Below are positions 18,944 through 28,982 of a stretch of 64,000 nt of DNA, one piece after another. The stretch lies in NCBI GenBank assembly GCA_046570105.1, contig JBKHVI010000003.1, positions 1-64,000 of the forward strand, read 5' to 3'. The position numbers and the translations under genes were made by a program. The notes under the pieces are model-generated. The model saw only the letters and a program-made list of their open reading frames with translations, was not told where the DNA came from and did not search any database. Position 1 is the stretch's first letter; the number at the start of each line of letters is the position of its first letter. The DNA comes from Bacteriovoracia bacterium (GTDB lineage Bacteria; Bdellovibrionota; Bacteriovoracia; Bacteriovoracales; Bacteriovoracaceae).

Positions 18944-19714
18944 ATGCGACTTATCCTTGTCTTGAGTGTTTTTTTGGCCTTACCCGCACGAGCAGAACCC
19001 TCGCTTGAGCGTCTGTGCTTCCCGTCAGCAATCGAGGCGCAAAAAGGTCAGGCGATTATTCAGCAAATTCTTGCCAAGGGTGTGGACATTGCCACACTTG
19101 AGGCAAATTGTGTGAACGTCATGATTGACGAAAATCGAGTGGAGCTACTTGATCGCTGGGTAGCGACACGTCTACCTCTAGCGAAAAAAACCTTTTCGGC
19201 TTCATCGGCGCCACGTCCGGAATGTGACTTGTTGGTGACTAAGGTTTCTAAAAAAGATGAAAAAAACAAACAAGCAGGTGTTCGACAAAACGGATTCATT
19301 GTTTCTGTTGATTCGGGAGATAATGAAAATCGCGAAGAAAACTTTATCAAAGTTTTGTCTGGTGGCACGGCGAAGTTAAAAGTTGATGAATCAGAGCTCG
19401 AAATAACCTGTGTCGTGAAAGGTTCAAATTATCATCTTAAATTCGCCATGCTCTATGTCCCTAGACCTCTCATCCCTCCCACCACCCAACTGCCTCCAGG
19501 AAGTGTCATTGTTGTGAACGCTCCACCGCCACCGGATAAGAGCGGAAGCTCCCTTCAAACGGAAGTCGAAGCTCAAAAAGGCCAAGAGATTAATCTGGGT
19601 CAAATAACTCGTGATCTTCGTAATAAGACGAAAGAACTCGATATTTCACCCTCTGTTCAAATGGATAGTAAGACCGGCACGGAAACTACACGCTGGTTGT
19701 TAAGAGTTCGTTAA
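18944..19714 (+). CDS. Secreted hypothetical protein, possibly a short secretin-like protein
   Basis: Signal peptide ending ARA; C-terminal LQTEV....GQEINLG resembling secretin-like strands (weak). Confidence 0.6.
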   Translation: MRLILVLSVFLALPARAEPSLERLCFPSAIEAQKGQAIIQQILAKGVDIATLEANCVNVMIDENRVELLDRWVATRLPLAKKTFSASSAPRPECDLLVTKVSKKDEKNKQAGVRQNGFIVSVDSGDNENREENFIKVLSGGTAKLKVDESELEITCVVKGSNYHLKFAMLYVPRPLIPPTTQLPPGSVIVVNAPPPPDKSGSSLQTEVEAQKGQEINLGQITRDLRNKTKELDISPSVQMDSKTGTETTRWLLRVR

Positions 19715-19807
19715 CTAACTGTAAGTAAAACTTCTTTGCCATTCATGACGATTGTCATGGGTTTCTTCCAAAAATAGCCGAAAATAATACCAGGCAAAGG
19801 GGAAGAG

Positions 19808-20182
19808 ATGGCAAAGGTCTTAGTAGTAGATGATGAGATCGAGATTCTCAATCTCGTGTGTGATGAACTTAAGCGACAGGGCCATGATCCCATCGCTGTC
19901 AAATCACCTATCGAAGCTTTGGAAATGCTCAAATATTGTGGCGATGAATTTGAACTGCTAATTTGTGATGTCATCATGCCCCATCAAAATGGCTTGGATT
20001 TTGTTCGCGAAGTAATCAAAAATACCGCATTCGATGGAAAGATTGCCATCATGTCGAGTTACACAACAATGCTGACTCAAGAGATTGAGGAAGCAGGGAT
20101 TAAACACGTACTAAAAAAACCATTTAACTTAGATGGAATTATAGGATTGATGAATCAGTTCTCACCGGTACTTGATTCATAA
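19808..20182 (+). CDS. Single-domain response regulator (REC)
   Basis: VLVVDDE, LLICDVIMP..NG, MSS and KPF motifs. Confidence 0.92.
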   Translation: MAKVLVVDDEIEILNLVCDELKRQGHDPIAVKSPIEALEMLKYCGDEFELLICDVIMPHQNGLDFVREVIKNTAFDGKIAIMSSYTTMLTQEIEEAGIKHVLKKPFNLDGIIGLMNQFSPVLDS

Positions 20183-20757
20183 CGAGGTACATTGAGATCA
20201 TCAAACTTTTGATAGAGTGCGGCCATACGCTTATGAAGCGTTTCAAGACTCTCAATATGCTCCGGATTCACTTCTTCTTTCATACGCATAATTCGACCAA
20301 GCAAAATCACCACAAAATTTCCCAACTCATGTCGTAAGGGACTCACTTGGCGCAGCTCCTGACGCTCTTTCATCCATTGCAAAAGTATTTCAGCATGAGT
20401 GATATCAAGTTTTTCTTGGGTGAGTGAAAGTTGGATGTTTTTTTTTATTTTTAATTCAGGAGTCCAACCATGACCAAACGCAATTTTTAGGCCCGTCCGA
20501 TAGGTATGCTCATCGCTACTTGAGATAAAATGAAGATCAGCAGACTCTCCTGACCCCTGCATTATCTTCACACCTAACTCACTCGCAACCTTTGTGAGAA
20601 GTAGTAAGAATGCTGATAAATCGAGCTCGGCTGACTGAAGATATGTCAGTGTCATAAATTCCCTTGGGCGCCAGATGACCCCGGCCTCATGCCAGGTCTT
20701 AGGTACATTTTGCCCCCATGCGCCGCCCCCTACAACGACTTTCTCTACAGTTGCCAC
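20155..20757 (-). CDS. Hypothetical protein with a C-terminal HisKA-like helix pair and no ATPase domain
   Basis: LRHELGNFVVILLG near the C-terminus. Confidence 0.6.
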   Translation of the reverse strand: MATVEKVVVGGGAWGQNVPKTWHEAGVIWRPREFMTLTYLQSAELDLSAFLLLLTKVASELGVKIMQGSGESADLHFISSSDEHTYRTGLKIAFGHGWTPELKIKKNIQLSLTQEKLDITHAEILLQWMKERQELRQVSPLRHELGNFVVILLGRIMRMKEEVNPEHIESLETLHKRMAALYQKFDDLNVPRYESSTGEN

Positions 20758-20768
20758 AGAATTAAGGT

Positions 20769-20784
20769 TGGCACGGAGAATGCT
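20769..20784 (+). promoter_or_regulatory. Candidate sigma54 -24/-12 promoter
   Basis: TGGCACGGAGAATGCT with GG-N10-GC spacing, ~200 bp upstream of the 20990 gene. Confidence 0.5.
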
Positions 20785-20989
20785 TTATCTAATTTGAGCC
20801 GGGGGAAGGGACACCACAAAAGTTCACCAAAATATCCCCGAAGAGATGAGTATTCATCCTTCGCACAAATCCCACCTCAAAAGATCACCGTCTTTACCCC
20901 GGCCCACTTCCTCTCTATAAAATCTTCATCATTTCAACTTCATATTGCCAACCTGAGTTATAAGTGTCGCCCACACAAAGGATACACCT

Positions 20990-21889
20990 ATGAAAGCTCT
21001 GCTTGGCTTCGCTCTATTGGTTTCTACTCTTTCAGTCCATGCCCAATCATATGTACTCCAGATGAACGGCACTCTCTTGACTCAAGATGCCGAGGGCCGT
21101 GTGTATGACCTCAATCAATTTGTTAATCCAAATAATATTGTTGGCCGCGGTAAAAACTGGATACTCGATCGTCAGCAATTAGTGACGACAATCTCGAATA
21201 AAGGATTTGTCTTTAAGAAGACTGATATGAAAGGTCCTAAAGGCATTAAAGCTTCCGGCGACAGCTGGTTTATTTCTGACAAGGGAGAAATGAACGTCGT
21301 GACACGTGAAGGTCTGCTCTTCACTTATACACTCGATCAATTCAAAAAATCTGAAGTGCTACTCGCCGGTGGAAACTGGCTGACGTTGCGTGAAGGTTCT
21401 CAAGTTTCTTTTGTTACAATCGACACCGTGAAGGGTTTTACCTACACTCTCACTCCGCAGGTACTTGCTGGCATAGGTCTTAATCCTATGAATATAAAAG
21501 AGAAAGGCGGCAACTACTTCGTTGACTCCGCCGGTGTGCTCTTCACGGTGGATCGTAACGGACTTGTCTCGAATAAAAAAACCATGGGCCTCTTCGCGGC
21601 CAATAAAAAGCTCGGCTCAAACTACTTGGTCGATGCTAAAGGCGGCGTACGCGTTGTGCTTGATAACGGCTGGATGCTACTGCCTAATCTCCCGGCCAAC
21701 ATGGGTGGCCTGAACAAAACCGGCACAACTCATGCGTGGGATTCTAAGGGACAATTCTTTACGTTCGCCGAAACGGCACCTGATGCTGAAGTCAGCAGCA
21801 GCAATCCAACAGTTTTTAATGGTGTGTTAAGTAAACTCGTCCTCCAACCTGTTGAACAGGTGGATGAGCGCACACTACTTTCTCGCTAA
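20990..21889 (+). CDS. Secreted beta-repeat (propeller-like) protein
   Basis: Signal peptide ending VHA; ~6 repeats of G.N[WY]..D..G......G. Confidence 0.75.
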   Translation: MKALLGFALLVSTLSVHAQSYVLQMNGTLLTQDAEGRVYDLNQFVNPNNIVGRGKNWILDRQQLVTTISNKGFVFKKTDMKGPKGIKASGDSWFISDKGEMNVVTREGLLFTYTLDQFKKSEVLLAGGNWLTLREGSQVSFVTIDTVKGFTYTLTPQVLAGIGLNPMNIKEKGGNYFVDSAGVLFTVDRNGLVSNKKTMGLFAANKKLGSNYLVDAKGGVRVVLDNGWMLLPNLPANMGGLNKTGTTHAWDSKGQFFTFAETAPDAEVSSSNPTVFNGVLSKLVLQPVEQVDERTLLSR

Positions 21890-22335
21890 GGCATCCATTC
21901 AAACAATTGATAGTGCTCACCGTTCATCCCAAGCTTGTTATAGACAGCTTGGGCAGCGGTGTTGCGCTTATCAACGTAAAGGCGAATTCCTTTATATGTT
22001 TTAGGATCTGTCTTCACTTGATTCTGCACATGCTCATAAAGGGCCGCATAGACTTTGCGGCCACGGTATTTTGGCAGGACATAAACAGAATGAATCCACA
22101 GAATCGTGCCGTTGCGCCAATCACTCCATTCTGGAACAGTCAAAAGACAGCCAGCCACTTCTCCATCGATTTCCGCAATCCAGTAGCGACCCTTTGCTGG
22201 ATCATCGATCACGGCCTGGACTCCTAAACGAACTGTTGGGAGATCAAGTTTAAATTCTTCCGTTTCCCACGCCATGGTGACCTGGAGTTCCGCAAGAGTA
22301 TCAATGTCATAAAATAGGCCAGGACGAATTTTCAT
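21886..22335 (-). CDS. GNAT family N-acetyltransferase
   Basis: EWSDWRNG, WIHSVYV.P.YRG and N..AQ.VY.KLGM motifs. Confidence 0.92.
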   Translation of the reverse strand: MKIRPGLFYDIDTLAELQVTMAWETEEFKLDLPTVRLGVQAVIDDPAKGRYWIAEIDGEVAGCLLTVPEWSDWRNGTILWIHSVYVLPKYRGRKVYAALYEHVQNQVKTDPKTYKGIRLYVDKRNTAAQAVYNKLGMNGEHYQLFEWMP

Positions 22336-22568
22336 TTTAAAACTCCACGCACTCGTTGAGCGAACTCACGAAGAGCATCGTTCATATTTTTGCCCGCATC
22401 CATGACCGCCTTGACTTCAGCTGCTTGCAGATAGTCACTCATTTGATCACCTGGATCGTCCTGAGTTTTGACGGGAGCGACACCTGTTTGTTCAAACTCA
22501 TCAGCAAACTTATTCAGTTCATCGACTGAATACTTCTGCACCAAATCTTTAATAATTTTTATATCCAT
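22332..22568 (-). CDS. Small hypothetical protein coupled to a thioredoxin-like gene
   Basis: 78 aa; ends ALREFAQRVR; in an operon with trx and GNAT genes. Confidence 0.75.
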   Translation of the reverse strand: MDIKIIKDLVQKYSVDELNKFADEFEQTGVAPVKTQDDPGDQMSDYLQAAEVKAVMDAGKNMNDALREFAQRVRGVLK

Positions 22569-22570
22569 AT

Positions 22571-22879
22571 CTAACTCTTGGAGAAATTTTGTACGAATTC
22601 GCGGAAGGCTTCTTCTTTAGTGATATTCACTAAGTCTTGTGGTTCTCCGCCTTTGAAGCCACCTACTGATGGAAGGCCTGGAAGCTCAACCATCTCTTTG
22701 ATCTTCGGGTTTTTTTCCACGTCGATTTTATAAATGGGAATATTAAATTCTTTGGCCACTCGCTCAAACATGGGAGCGGCAACACGACAAGCGCCACACC
22801 AAGAAGCAAAAAAATCAATCAGGACCTTAGGTTCTTTTTCGATTACCGCCATAATGGTGTCATCGTTCAATTCTTGCAT
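22571..22879 (-). CDS. Thioredoxin family protein
   Basis: DFFASWCGAC active site; cis-Pro loop GLP. Confidence 0.9.
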   Translation of the reverse strand: MQELNDDTIMAVIEKEPKVLIDFFASWCGACRVAAPMFERVAKEFNIPIYKIDVEKNPKIKEMVELPGLPSVGGFKGGEPQDLVNITKEEAFREFVQNFSKS

Positions 22880-22886
22880 AAATACC

Positions 22887-25622
22887 TCAGAGAATGACTC
22901 GAAGAGAGTCGAGGGTTAACTGTGCCTCACCCATCGCTTTCTCGAGTTTAAGTTTTTGTGTTTTGAGCGCTACAATTTCTTGTAGTGAAACAGTGGGGTT
23001 TACTTCGCGCAACTTTTCAAGACGAGTGATCTCGTGATCAAACGCTGTTTTCATTTCAAGATGAAATTTCTCTTTATATTGCTTCGCACGTATTAATGTT
23101 GCTTCTTTACCTTGTTTCAAGAGAGCTTTGAGAGTTTCACGAGGCAAACTTCTGACTTGCGTAATCTTGTCGGCCCCTGCGTTCGTAACACCCTCATCCA
23201 CCATCTTTTTAGGAAACTTCGCTGTGATGTCTTGGCCCTTACTATTTAAAAGCACACGCAACGGCGTAGGTGGGAACCATTTCTGAGGTTGCAGCTTACG
23301 ATCGGCGACACAATGAAGTGTGAAAAATGCTTCTAAAAGGAACGGCTCAGGAGCTTTTGTTTTCCAGGTGGCGACAGTCACGTTGCCCATTTCTTTTGAA
23401 GCGATGAGTTCAATAATTCCCAGCACCATGGGATGATCCCACGTCAGAAACATCAATTCGGGACGACGAAGCGCCACGTCTCTTTTGAATGTTACAGAAA
23501 CACCTTCATGAGGAAGTCCCGGAAAATGGGGCAAGAGCATGGTGTCGCTGGGCTTTAGATAATAACTATCTCCATCGAGATCTTCGGCATCAATTCCTAA
23601 ACGCTCACAGAGAGAAAGCATAAAGTCTCGCAACACAGGAGATGCTTCTACTTCTTTAAGGGCGCTAATATGACCTTGAGCTTTAACTTCATTGTACGAA
23701 TTAAGTTCCACTAAGCGATCTTGCCCTTCTTCCAAGCGCTCTTCAATCTGCTCATGCTCAACTTTTACTCGTTTAAGAAGTGCGGCAAACTTTTTCTCAT
23801 CAATCTCTTCACTTTCAATCAAAGGAATTAAATCTTCGCGAACGGTAGCGTAAAGCTCCGAGGCCCCACGAGGAGAAGACTCAAAGGCATTGAGTCCTTC
23901 GTGATACCAACGGAACATCAATTCTTCTTTGCCACCAGTGAGAAAAGGAACGTGAATATGAATATCGTTTTTTTGCCCAATACGATCGAGGCGACCAATT
24001 CGCTGTTCAAGTAGATCTGGCAAGCGAGGTAGATCAAATAAAACTAAATGCTGAGAGAATTCAAAATTGCGCCCTTCCGATCCAATTTCAGTTGAAAGAA
24101 GTAATTGCGCGCCTTCGGGATCAGCAAACCAGGCCGCTGCACGATCTCGATGCAAAAGTGGCATACCCGCATGAAACACCGCCACTTTTGCGGGAGATTT
24201 TTGTTTGAGGCTCGCTTCAAGCGCCACCACCAATTCTTTCTCGTGACATAAGAGCAAAGTCTTCTGACCTTTGGTTTCACCCAAGTGATCAATCAACCAA
24301 TCAACTTTAGTAGTATAATCTTGTTTCTCGGCGGCCTTGCCTTTTCCTGGCTTGAGTGGATGAGCATGCAGCACACGCTTAGGAAAAAACTCTGCAAAGG
24401 TCGCCATACGTTTGCGGGTATTGCGGAAATACACACGTCCCGTCCCATGGCGATCAAGCAAATCCATTAAAGTTTGAGTTCGCTCTTCTGGAGTCGATGG
24501 AATTTTCAAACCCAGCTCTTTAAGCTTCTTCTGTTGTTTTTCAGTGAGTGGCTTAGCACCATCTAAGAACTTAGCAATAGCTGAGATCTCTTGGTAGTTA
24601 GCATGATCCTGTAAGAACGCTTCATAATCATGAAAGCGCTGAGGATCGAGTAAGCGCAACCGTGAGAAGTGACCAGCAAGTCCTAAAATTTCTGGCGTTC
24701 CCGAAAGCAGCACTAGCCCTTCTGTGCGAGTAGAAAGTTCTTCCACTAATTTATATTCAGGAGATGCTTGCGTGGGATTCCAGCGCAGTTGATGGGCCTC
24801 ATCGACAATCAGCATATCCCATTGATCAGCTTTGACATGATCGGCGAGCCCTGGATGCTGCATCATGAAGCGCAAACTCACGATAAAGAGCTGCTGATCT
24901 TCAAAGGGATTCTCATGATCTTCCAGATTGGATTCATGATTGATGGTGGCAAATGAGAGACCAAACTTTTTAAGCATCTCCACAAACCACTGATACACCA
25001 ATGAATCAGGTACTATAATCAGAGCGCGCTCCACACGACCAATCTGAATTAAGTGATGAAGAATCATCCCTGCTTCAATGGTTTTCCCGAGACCTACTTC
25101 ATCGGCCAGCATGACTCTTGGACGAGCGCGGGTGGCGATTTCGTGGGCCACATACTGTTGATGTGGAATCAGCGCCAAGCGCGCACCAGTAAATCCACGC
25201 ACAGGAGAGAGAAATAAATTTCTTTGATTCAGCAAAAGGTCGTAGCGTAATTTAAAAAGCTCCAGTGAATCAACTTGGCCGGCGAACAAGCGCTCTTCAG
25301 GACGAGAAAGTGAAAGAGTGTCTGAAAGATGAGTCTCTGCTGCTTCACCAGCTTCCGTTAAATAAGTCATGAGACCATGACTCTCGCGTGCATCAACGAC
25401 AACGTGAGTGCTGCCATCTTGCAAGCGGATCTCATCACCTTTCATAAATTGAATTCGACGAAGGGGTGCTGTCTGAGTGCCATAACGTCGCTCGACTTTG
25501 GCGGCAGGAAAATAAACCATGACGGTTTTCTGCTCTGATTCCATCACCATGCCGAGACCTAATTCAGGCTCTGACTCACTGATCCAACGCTGTCCGACTA
25601 GAAAACTTCTCAAGGGTGACAT
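22887..25622 (-). CDS. rapA: RNA polymerase-associated SWI2/SNF2 ATPase RapA
   Basis: GQRWISESEPELGLG, LADEVGLGKTIEAG, DEAH, EIGSEGRNF and EQRIGRLDRIGQ motifs. Confidence 0.95.
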   Translation of the reverse strand: MSPLRSFLVGQRWISESEPELGLGMVMESEQKTVMVYFPAAKVERRYGTQTAPLRRIQFMKGDEIRLQDGSTHVVVDARESHGLMTYLTEAGEAAETHLSDTLSLSRPEERLFAGQVDSLELFKLRYDLLLNQRNLFLSPVRGFTGARLALIPHQQYVAHEIATRARPRVMLADEVGLGKTIEAGMILHHLIQIGRVERALIIVPDSLVYQWFVEMLKKFGLSFATINHESNLEDHENPFEDQQLFIVSLRFMMQHPGLADHVKADQWDMLIVDEAHQLRWNPTQASPEYKLVEELSTRTEGLVLLSGTPEILGLAGHFSRLRLLDPQRFHDYEAFLQDHANYQEISAIAKFLDGAKPLTEKQQKKLKELGLKIPSTPEERTQTLMDLLDRHGTGRVYFRNTRKRMATFAEFFPKRVLHAHPLKPGKGKAAEKQDYTTKVDWLIDHLGETKGQKTLLLCHEKELVVALEASLKQKSPAKVAVFHAGMPLLHRDRAAAWFADPEGAQLLLSTEIGSEGRNFEFSQHLVLFDLPRLPDLLEQRIGRLDRIGQKNDIHIHVPFLTGGKEELMFRWYHEGLNAFESSPRGASELYATVREDLIPLIESEEIDEKKFAALLKRVKVEHEQIEERLEEGQDRLVELNSYNEVKAQGHISALKEVEASPVLRDFMLSLCERLGIDAEDLDGDSYYLKPSDTMLLPHFPGLPHEGVSVTFKRDVALRRPELMFLTWDHPMVLGIIELIASKEMGNVTVATWKTKAPEPFLLEAFFTLHCVADRKLQPQKWFPPTPLRVLLNSKGQDITAKFPKKMVDEGVTNAGADKITQVRSLPRETLKALLKQGKEATLIRAKQYKEKFHLEMKTAFDHEITRLEKLREVNPTVSLQEIVALKTQKLKLEKAMGEAQLTLDSLRVIL

Positions 25623-25688
25623 CCCGGTCAAAATAAAGAAAGATATTAACCCATCCACCGTACTGTGGGCAATTGTTGAGGACGCTGT

Positions 25689-26882
25689 ATGATGCTTAGA
25701 TTCACTCTTGTACTGTTATTCACTCTCAATTCTGCTATCGCTTCTCGTCAACCGACGCCTAAAGCTGGTGTTTGGCGCTTTGAGCTGAAATACCCAGGTG
25801 TTTCAATCCCTTTTTTGATGGAGCTTGAGCCCGGCCGTCGCGGTTGGCAGGCCACCTTGATTAACGGCAAGGAGCGCATTGAGATCAATGAGATTCGTGC
25901 TTCAAAAGGTAAATGGATTATTCCCCTAGGCACGTACCAAAACTATCTCGAATTCACCGCCATCTCACCCAATTCAATTCGTGGTGCCTTTGTAAAACCC
26001 AATCGTAAACCAGAAGAACGCATTCCTATACAAGGTCGCCCTGGCGCTTTTCGTCGCTTTGATGGGCCCGTCAAAAAAACTGATATCCAGTTAAGTGGGA
26101 AATGGTCGATGGAGATGATCGACAGTAGTGGAAATAAAACTGATGCCGTACTACTGCTCGATCAAAGTGGTTCCAGCCTCAATGCTTCTATCATGACCAA
26201 GACCGGTGATTACCGTTATATTGATGGTTACGTTTCTGGAAATGATTTTGAAACGGCTGCCTTTGATGGTGTATTTAACTTTGTTTTTCGAGGAAAACTT
26301 GAGGGCAAACAACTATCCGGCGAGATGCTGGGTAAAAGTGTGACTAAATTCACTGCTTACCGAAACGAGAAAGCCACTCTCCCGGATCCCACCAAACAAA
26401 CTCAAGTTGAAACTATCGAATTTAGTTTTCCAACTACGGATGGCAAAACTGTCAGTCTCGCCGATTACAAAGGTAAACCAGTTATCATTCAAATTTTTGG
26501 ATCGTGGTGTCCCAATTGTATTGATGAACTTGGGTTCTTAGCTCCTTGGTATCAGAAAAATAAATCACGCGGCATTGAAGTTGTTGCTCTTTCGTTTGAA
26601 TACGCTCTCACTCCAGAAGACGCGCGCAAACATCTGGCGATGGTAGTGAAGAAGAGAGCTATTCCTTACCCAGTTCTTTTGGCGGGAACATCTAAAGACG
26701 ACTCTCCAGCAAATAAATTACCGGGTATAAAGAATTTTATCTCTTTCCCGACAACCATCTTCCTCGATAAGAAGCATCAAGTGTTTAAAGTGCATGCGGG
26801 CTTCAATGGTCCAGGAACTGGACTCTACTTTAATGAGTTTAAGACGATGTTTGAGCAAACGATTAACGAGCTACTCGATTAA
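25689..26882 (+). CDS. TlpA/peroxiredoxin-like thioredoxin-fold protein with N-terminal beta domains
   Basis: TGDYRY, GSWCPNCIDE, FPTTIFLD and H.GF.GP.TG motifs; signal peptide. Confidence 0.85.
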   Translation: MMLRFTLVLLFTLNSAIASRQPTPKAGVWRFELKYPGVSIPFLMELEPGRRGWQATLINGKERIEINEIRASKGKWIIPLGTYQNYLEFTAISPNSIRGAFVKPNRKPEERIPIQGRPGAFRRFDGPVKKTDIQLSGKWSMEMIDSSGNKTDAVLLLDQSGSSLNASIMTKTGDYRYIDGYVSGNDFETAAFDGVFNFVFRGKLEGKQLSGEMLGKSVTKFTAYRNEKATLPDPTKQTQVETIEFSFPTTDGKTVSLADYKGKPVIIQIFGSWCPNCIDELGFLAPWYQKNKSRGIEVVALSFEYALTPEDARKHLAMVVKKRAIPYPVLLAGTSKDDSPANKLPGIKNFISFPTTIFLDKKHQVFKVHAGFNGPGTGLYFNEFKTMFEQTINELLD

Positions 26883-27478
26883 TCGTCTTCTCGATTTTCT
26901 TCGGACTCGTCTTCTTCCACCGCTTCCCCAGGAGCGTAGTCATTTTCATCTTGGGGATATTCCGACTCAGACGTATTCATTCCAGGTGTCGGTAAAAGAC
27001 CTTGAGGTTCGCCTGCTGATTCATTCTGACTATAGGCTTCGGCTGCTTTATGCACATACACCAAAGCGCCTCCACTTTGGCCCGAACGCACTCCTAAAAA
27101 GAGTTGGCCGAGCATAAGAATAAAACTCACCAACATCAGTGGAAATTTGGCGTTTAATTTTACTAACAGCACAGTGGCACTAAATACAGTCGAGGCGACT
27201 GATGAAGCGACAAACATCTCGGCATGCTCTTCATGACGATGGAGAGCTTCCTTACCTACCACCTTCTCCACTACTTCTTCTTCATCTTCGCCCAAGCTCA
27301 TCGCCACATAACCAGAAACAGTCGCCACTAATTGCAGGCCCACAATAATCGTCCAAACTTGGGGAGGGAATTTTTCGCTCTTAATTAAAAAAGCCAAGAC
27401 GATCGCTAGGATTGGTAAAATCAGCGCTAACGCTAACGGAAGATGAACGAACTGTGGGTGCAGTGGCAATTCAGTCAT
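26879..27478 (-). CDS. DUF2231-like membrane protein with an acidic tail
   Basis: LHP.FVHLP, HEEHAE and GG.LVY.H motifs. Confidence 0.75.
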   Translation of the reverse strand: MTELPLHPQFVHLPLALALILPILAIVLAFLIKSEKFPPQVWTIIVGLQLVATVSGYVAMSLGEDEEEVVEKVVGKEALHRHEEHAEMFVASSVASTVFSATVLLVKLNAKFPLMLVSFILMLGQLFLGVRSGQSGGALVYVHKAAEAYSQNESAGEPQGLLPTPGMNTSESEYPQDENDYAPGEAVEEDESEENREDD

Positions 27479-27529
27479 AAAGGCTCCTATGACTTTATTA
27501 TGCCTGGCAGCTCAATCCTTGAGCAAGCC

Positions 27530-28345
27530 TCAAACCGAACAAGCGAGCGAGCGAAATTTTTGTGAAACTATTTGATGTGCCATATTCGCCATGTCCTGGC
27601 TTTCCATCGGCTCTGCAATTCTCTCATGAACATAAATCGAAAGTTGAGCTTCTTTAATACGAGTGAGTGTCACGAGATGTGAAAAGAAAGTCATATCGCC
27701 ATACCAACAAAGCACATCACGATTGAGAGCAGTCACAGCTTCTCCATCAATAGTTTGATAATTGACAGTCACTGGCTGAACGGCAACCTGCGCTCTGATA
27801 GCGGCATTAAAGAGTGGACGACGAAAACGGATGACTTCATCTCCTGCAGTGCTCGTGGCCTCAGGGAACACCACAACATCTAGTCCACTGCGCAAGGCTT
27901 CCTCAATCTCAATGACTTCATTACCCAACTTTGTCTTACTTCTACGTTCCACAAACAAACATCCCGCCAACTGAACAATCCATCCTAAAACGGGCGTTTC
28001 TTTAATTTCGACAGAAGTGACGAAACAACAAGGCCTAGAACTAGCGATCAACAAAACATCTACATAACTCATATGATTAGCGACGATCAGCTGTCCGCCG
28101 CGTTTGTGCCACAAATCCTTACGCCCCTCTATCTTTGATCGAAGCCCCAGCACACGCATCGCTAGAGACGCATAAAGCGCTACTAGACGCACTAATAGAG
28201 GACGCGCTCGTTTAGCGTCCAGCTGTAACCACGGTAACAGTGGTATGGCCGTGAGAAAAAAACACGACAGGCACAATCCAAAAAGAAAAAGCTTGGTAAG
28301 AACTCGCATAACACTATTGAAAATCTGATTGATGTTCATGTCCAT
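27530..28345 (-). CDS. Lysophospholipid acyltransferase (PlsC/OlsA family)
   Basis: NHMSYVD, FVER and FPEATST motifs; start codon uncertain. Confidence 0.9.
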   Translation of the reverse strand: MDMNINQIFNSVMRVLTKLFLFGLCLSCFFLTAIPLLPWLQLDAKRARPLLVRLVALYASLAMRVLGLRSKIEGRKDLWHKRGGQLIVANHMSYVDVLLIASSRPCCFVTSVEIKETPVLGWIVQLAGCLFVERRSKTKLGNEVIEIEEALRSGLDVVVFPEATSTAGDEVIRFRRPLFNAAIRAQVAVQPVTVNYQTIDGEAVTALNRDVLCWYGDMTFFSHLVTLTRIKEAQLSIYVHERIAEPMESQDMANMAHQIVSQKFRSLACSV

Positions 28346-28544
28346 GGATTGCCAAAAAACTGACGCATTCTTAACCCAAACTTGAAGATCATGAAGTGCC
28401 TTTTCAGAGGAGAAACAGCAGTTATGTAAGCAAATGTTAGCGATTAAGAAACGATGTAAGACAATACTAACTTGGCAGAGTGAACGGCTACCTATGTAAT
28501 CGATAGACACACAAGACAGACCTCTCTTCTAAGGAGTTTGAAGT

Positions 28545-28982
28545 ATGGCCCGTCTCAATAAGCATTTGTCTAAGACACAGTTAGCTGCCCTCAAGGAGAC
28601 TCTTCACACGGAAGCCGAAAGAATCCGGATGAATTTCACCAAGAAGAAAGCTGAATACGAGAGCGCCTCTCTAACGGGAGCGAAAGATGAAGTAGATGCA
28701 GCGAACGACAACATATTGTTGGCCGCTGATATGCGCTTCTCTAATCGCGAAGCTCTCTATTACAAAAAAGTTCTTAAATCTCTCGCCAAGACCGACACAG
28801 AGCAATATGGCATGTGCGATGACTGCGGCTGTGAGATTAGCTTCCAGCGCCTCATGGCGCGTCCGACTTCTGAGGTTTGCATCATTTGCAAAGAAGAGTC
28901 TGAAAAAGAAGAAAAACAGAATTATCATGAGCGTCGTTCTAAGTCGCTTGGACGCGAGATGAATGTTGCATCCAGTTTGTGA
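28545..28982 (+). CDS. dksA: DksA/TraR C4-type zinc-finger protein
   Basis: Coiled-coil tip DEVDAA; YG.CDDCG.EI...RL.ARP....CIICK. Confidence 0.85.
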   Translation: MARLNKHLSKTQLAALKETLHTEAERIRMNFTKKKAEYESASLTGAKDEVDAANDNILLAADMRFSNREALYYKKVLKSLAKTDTEQYGMCDDCGCEISFQRLMARPTSEVCIICKEESEKEEKQNYHERRSKSLGREMNVASSL

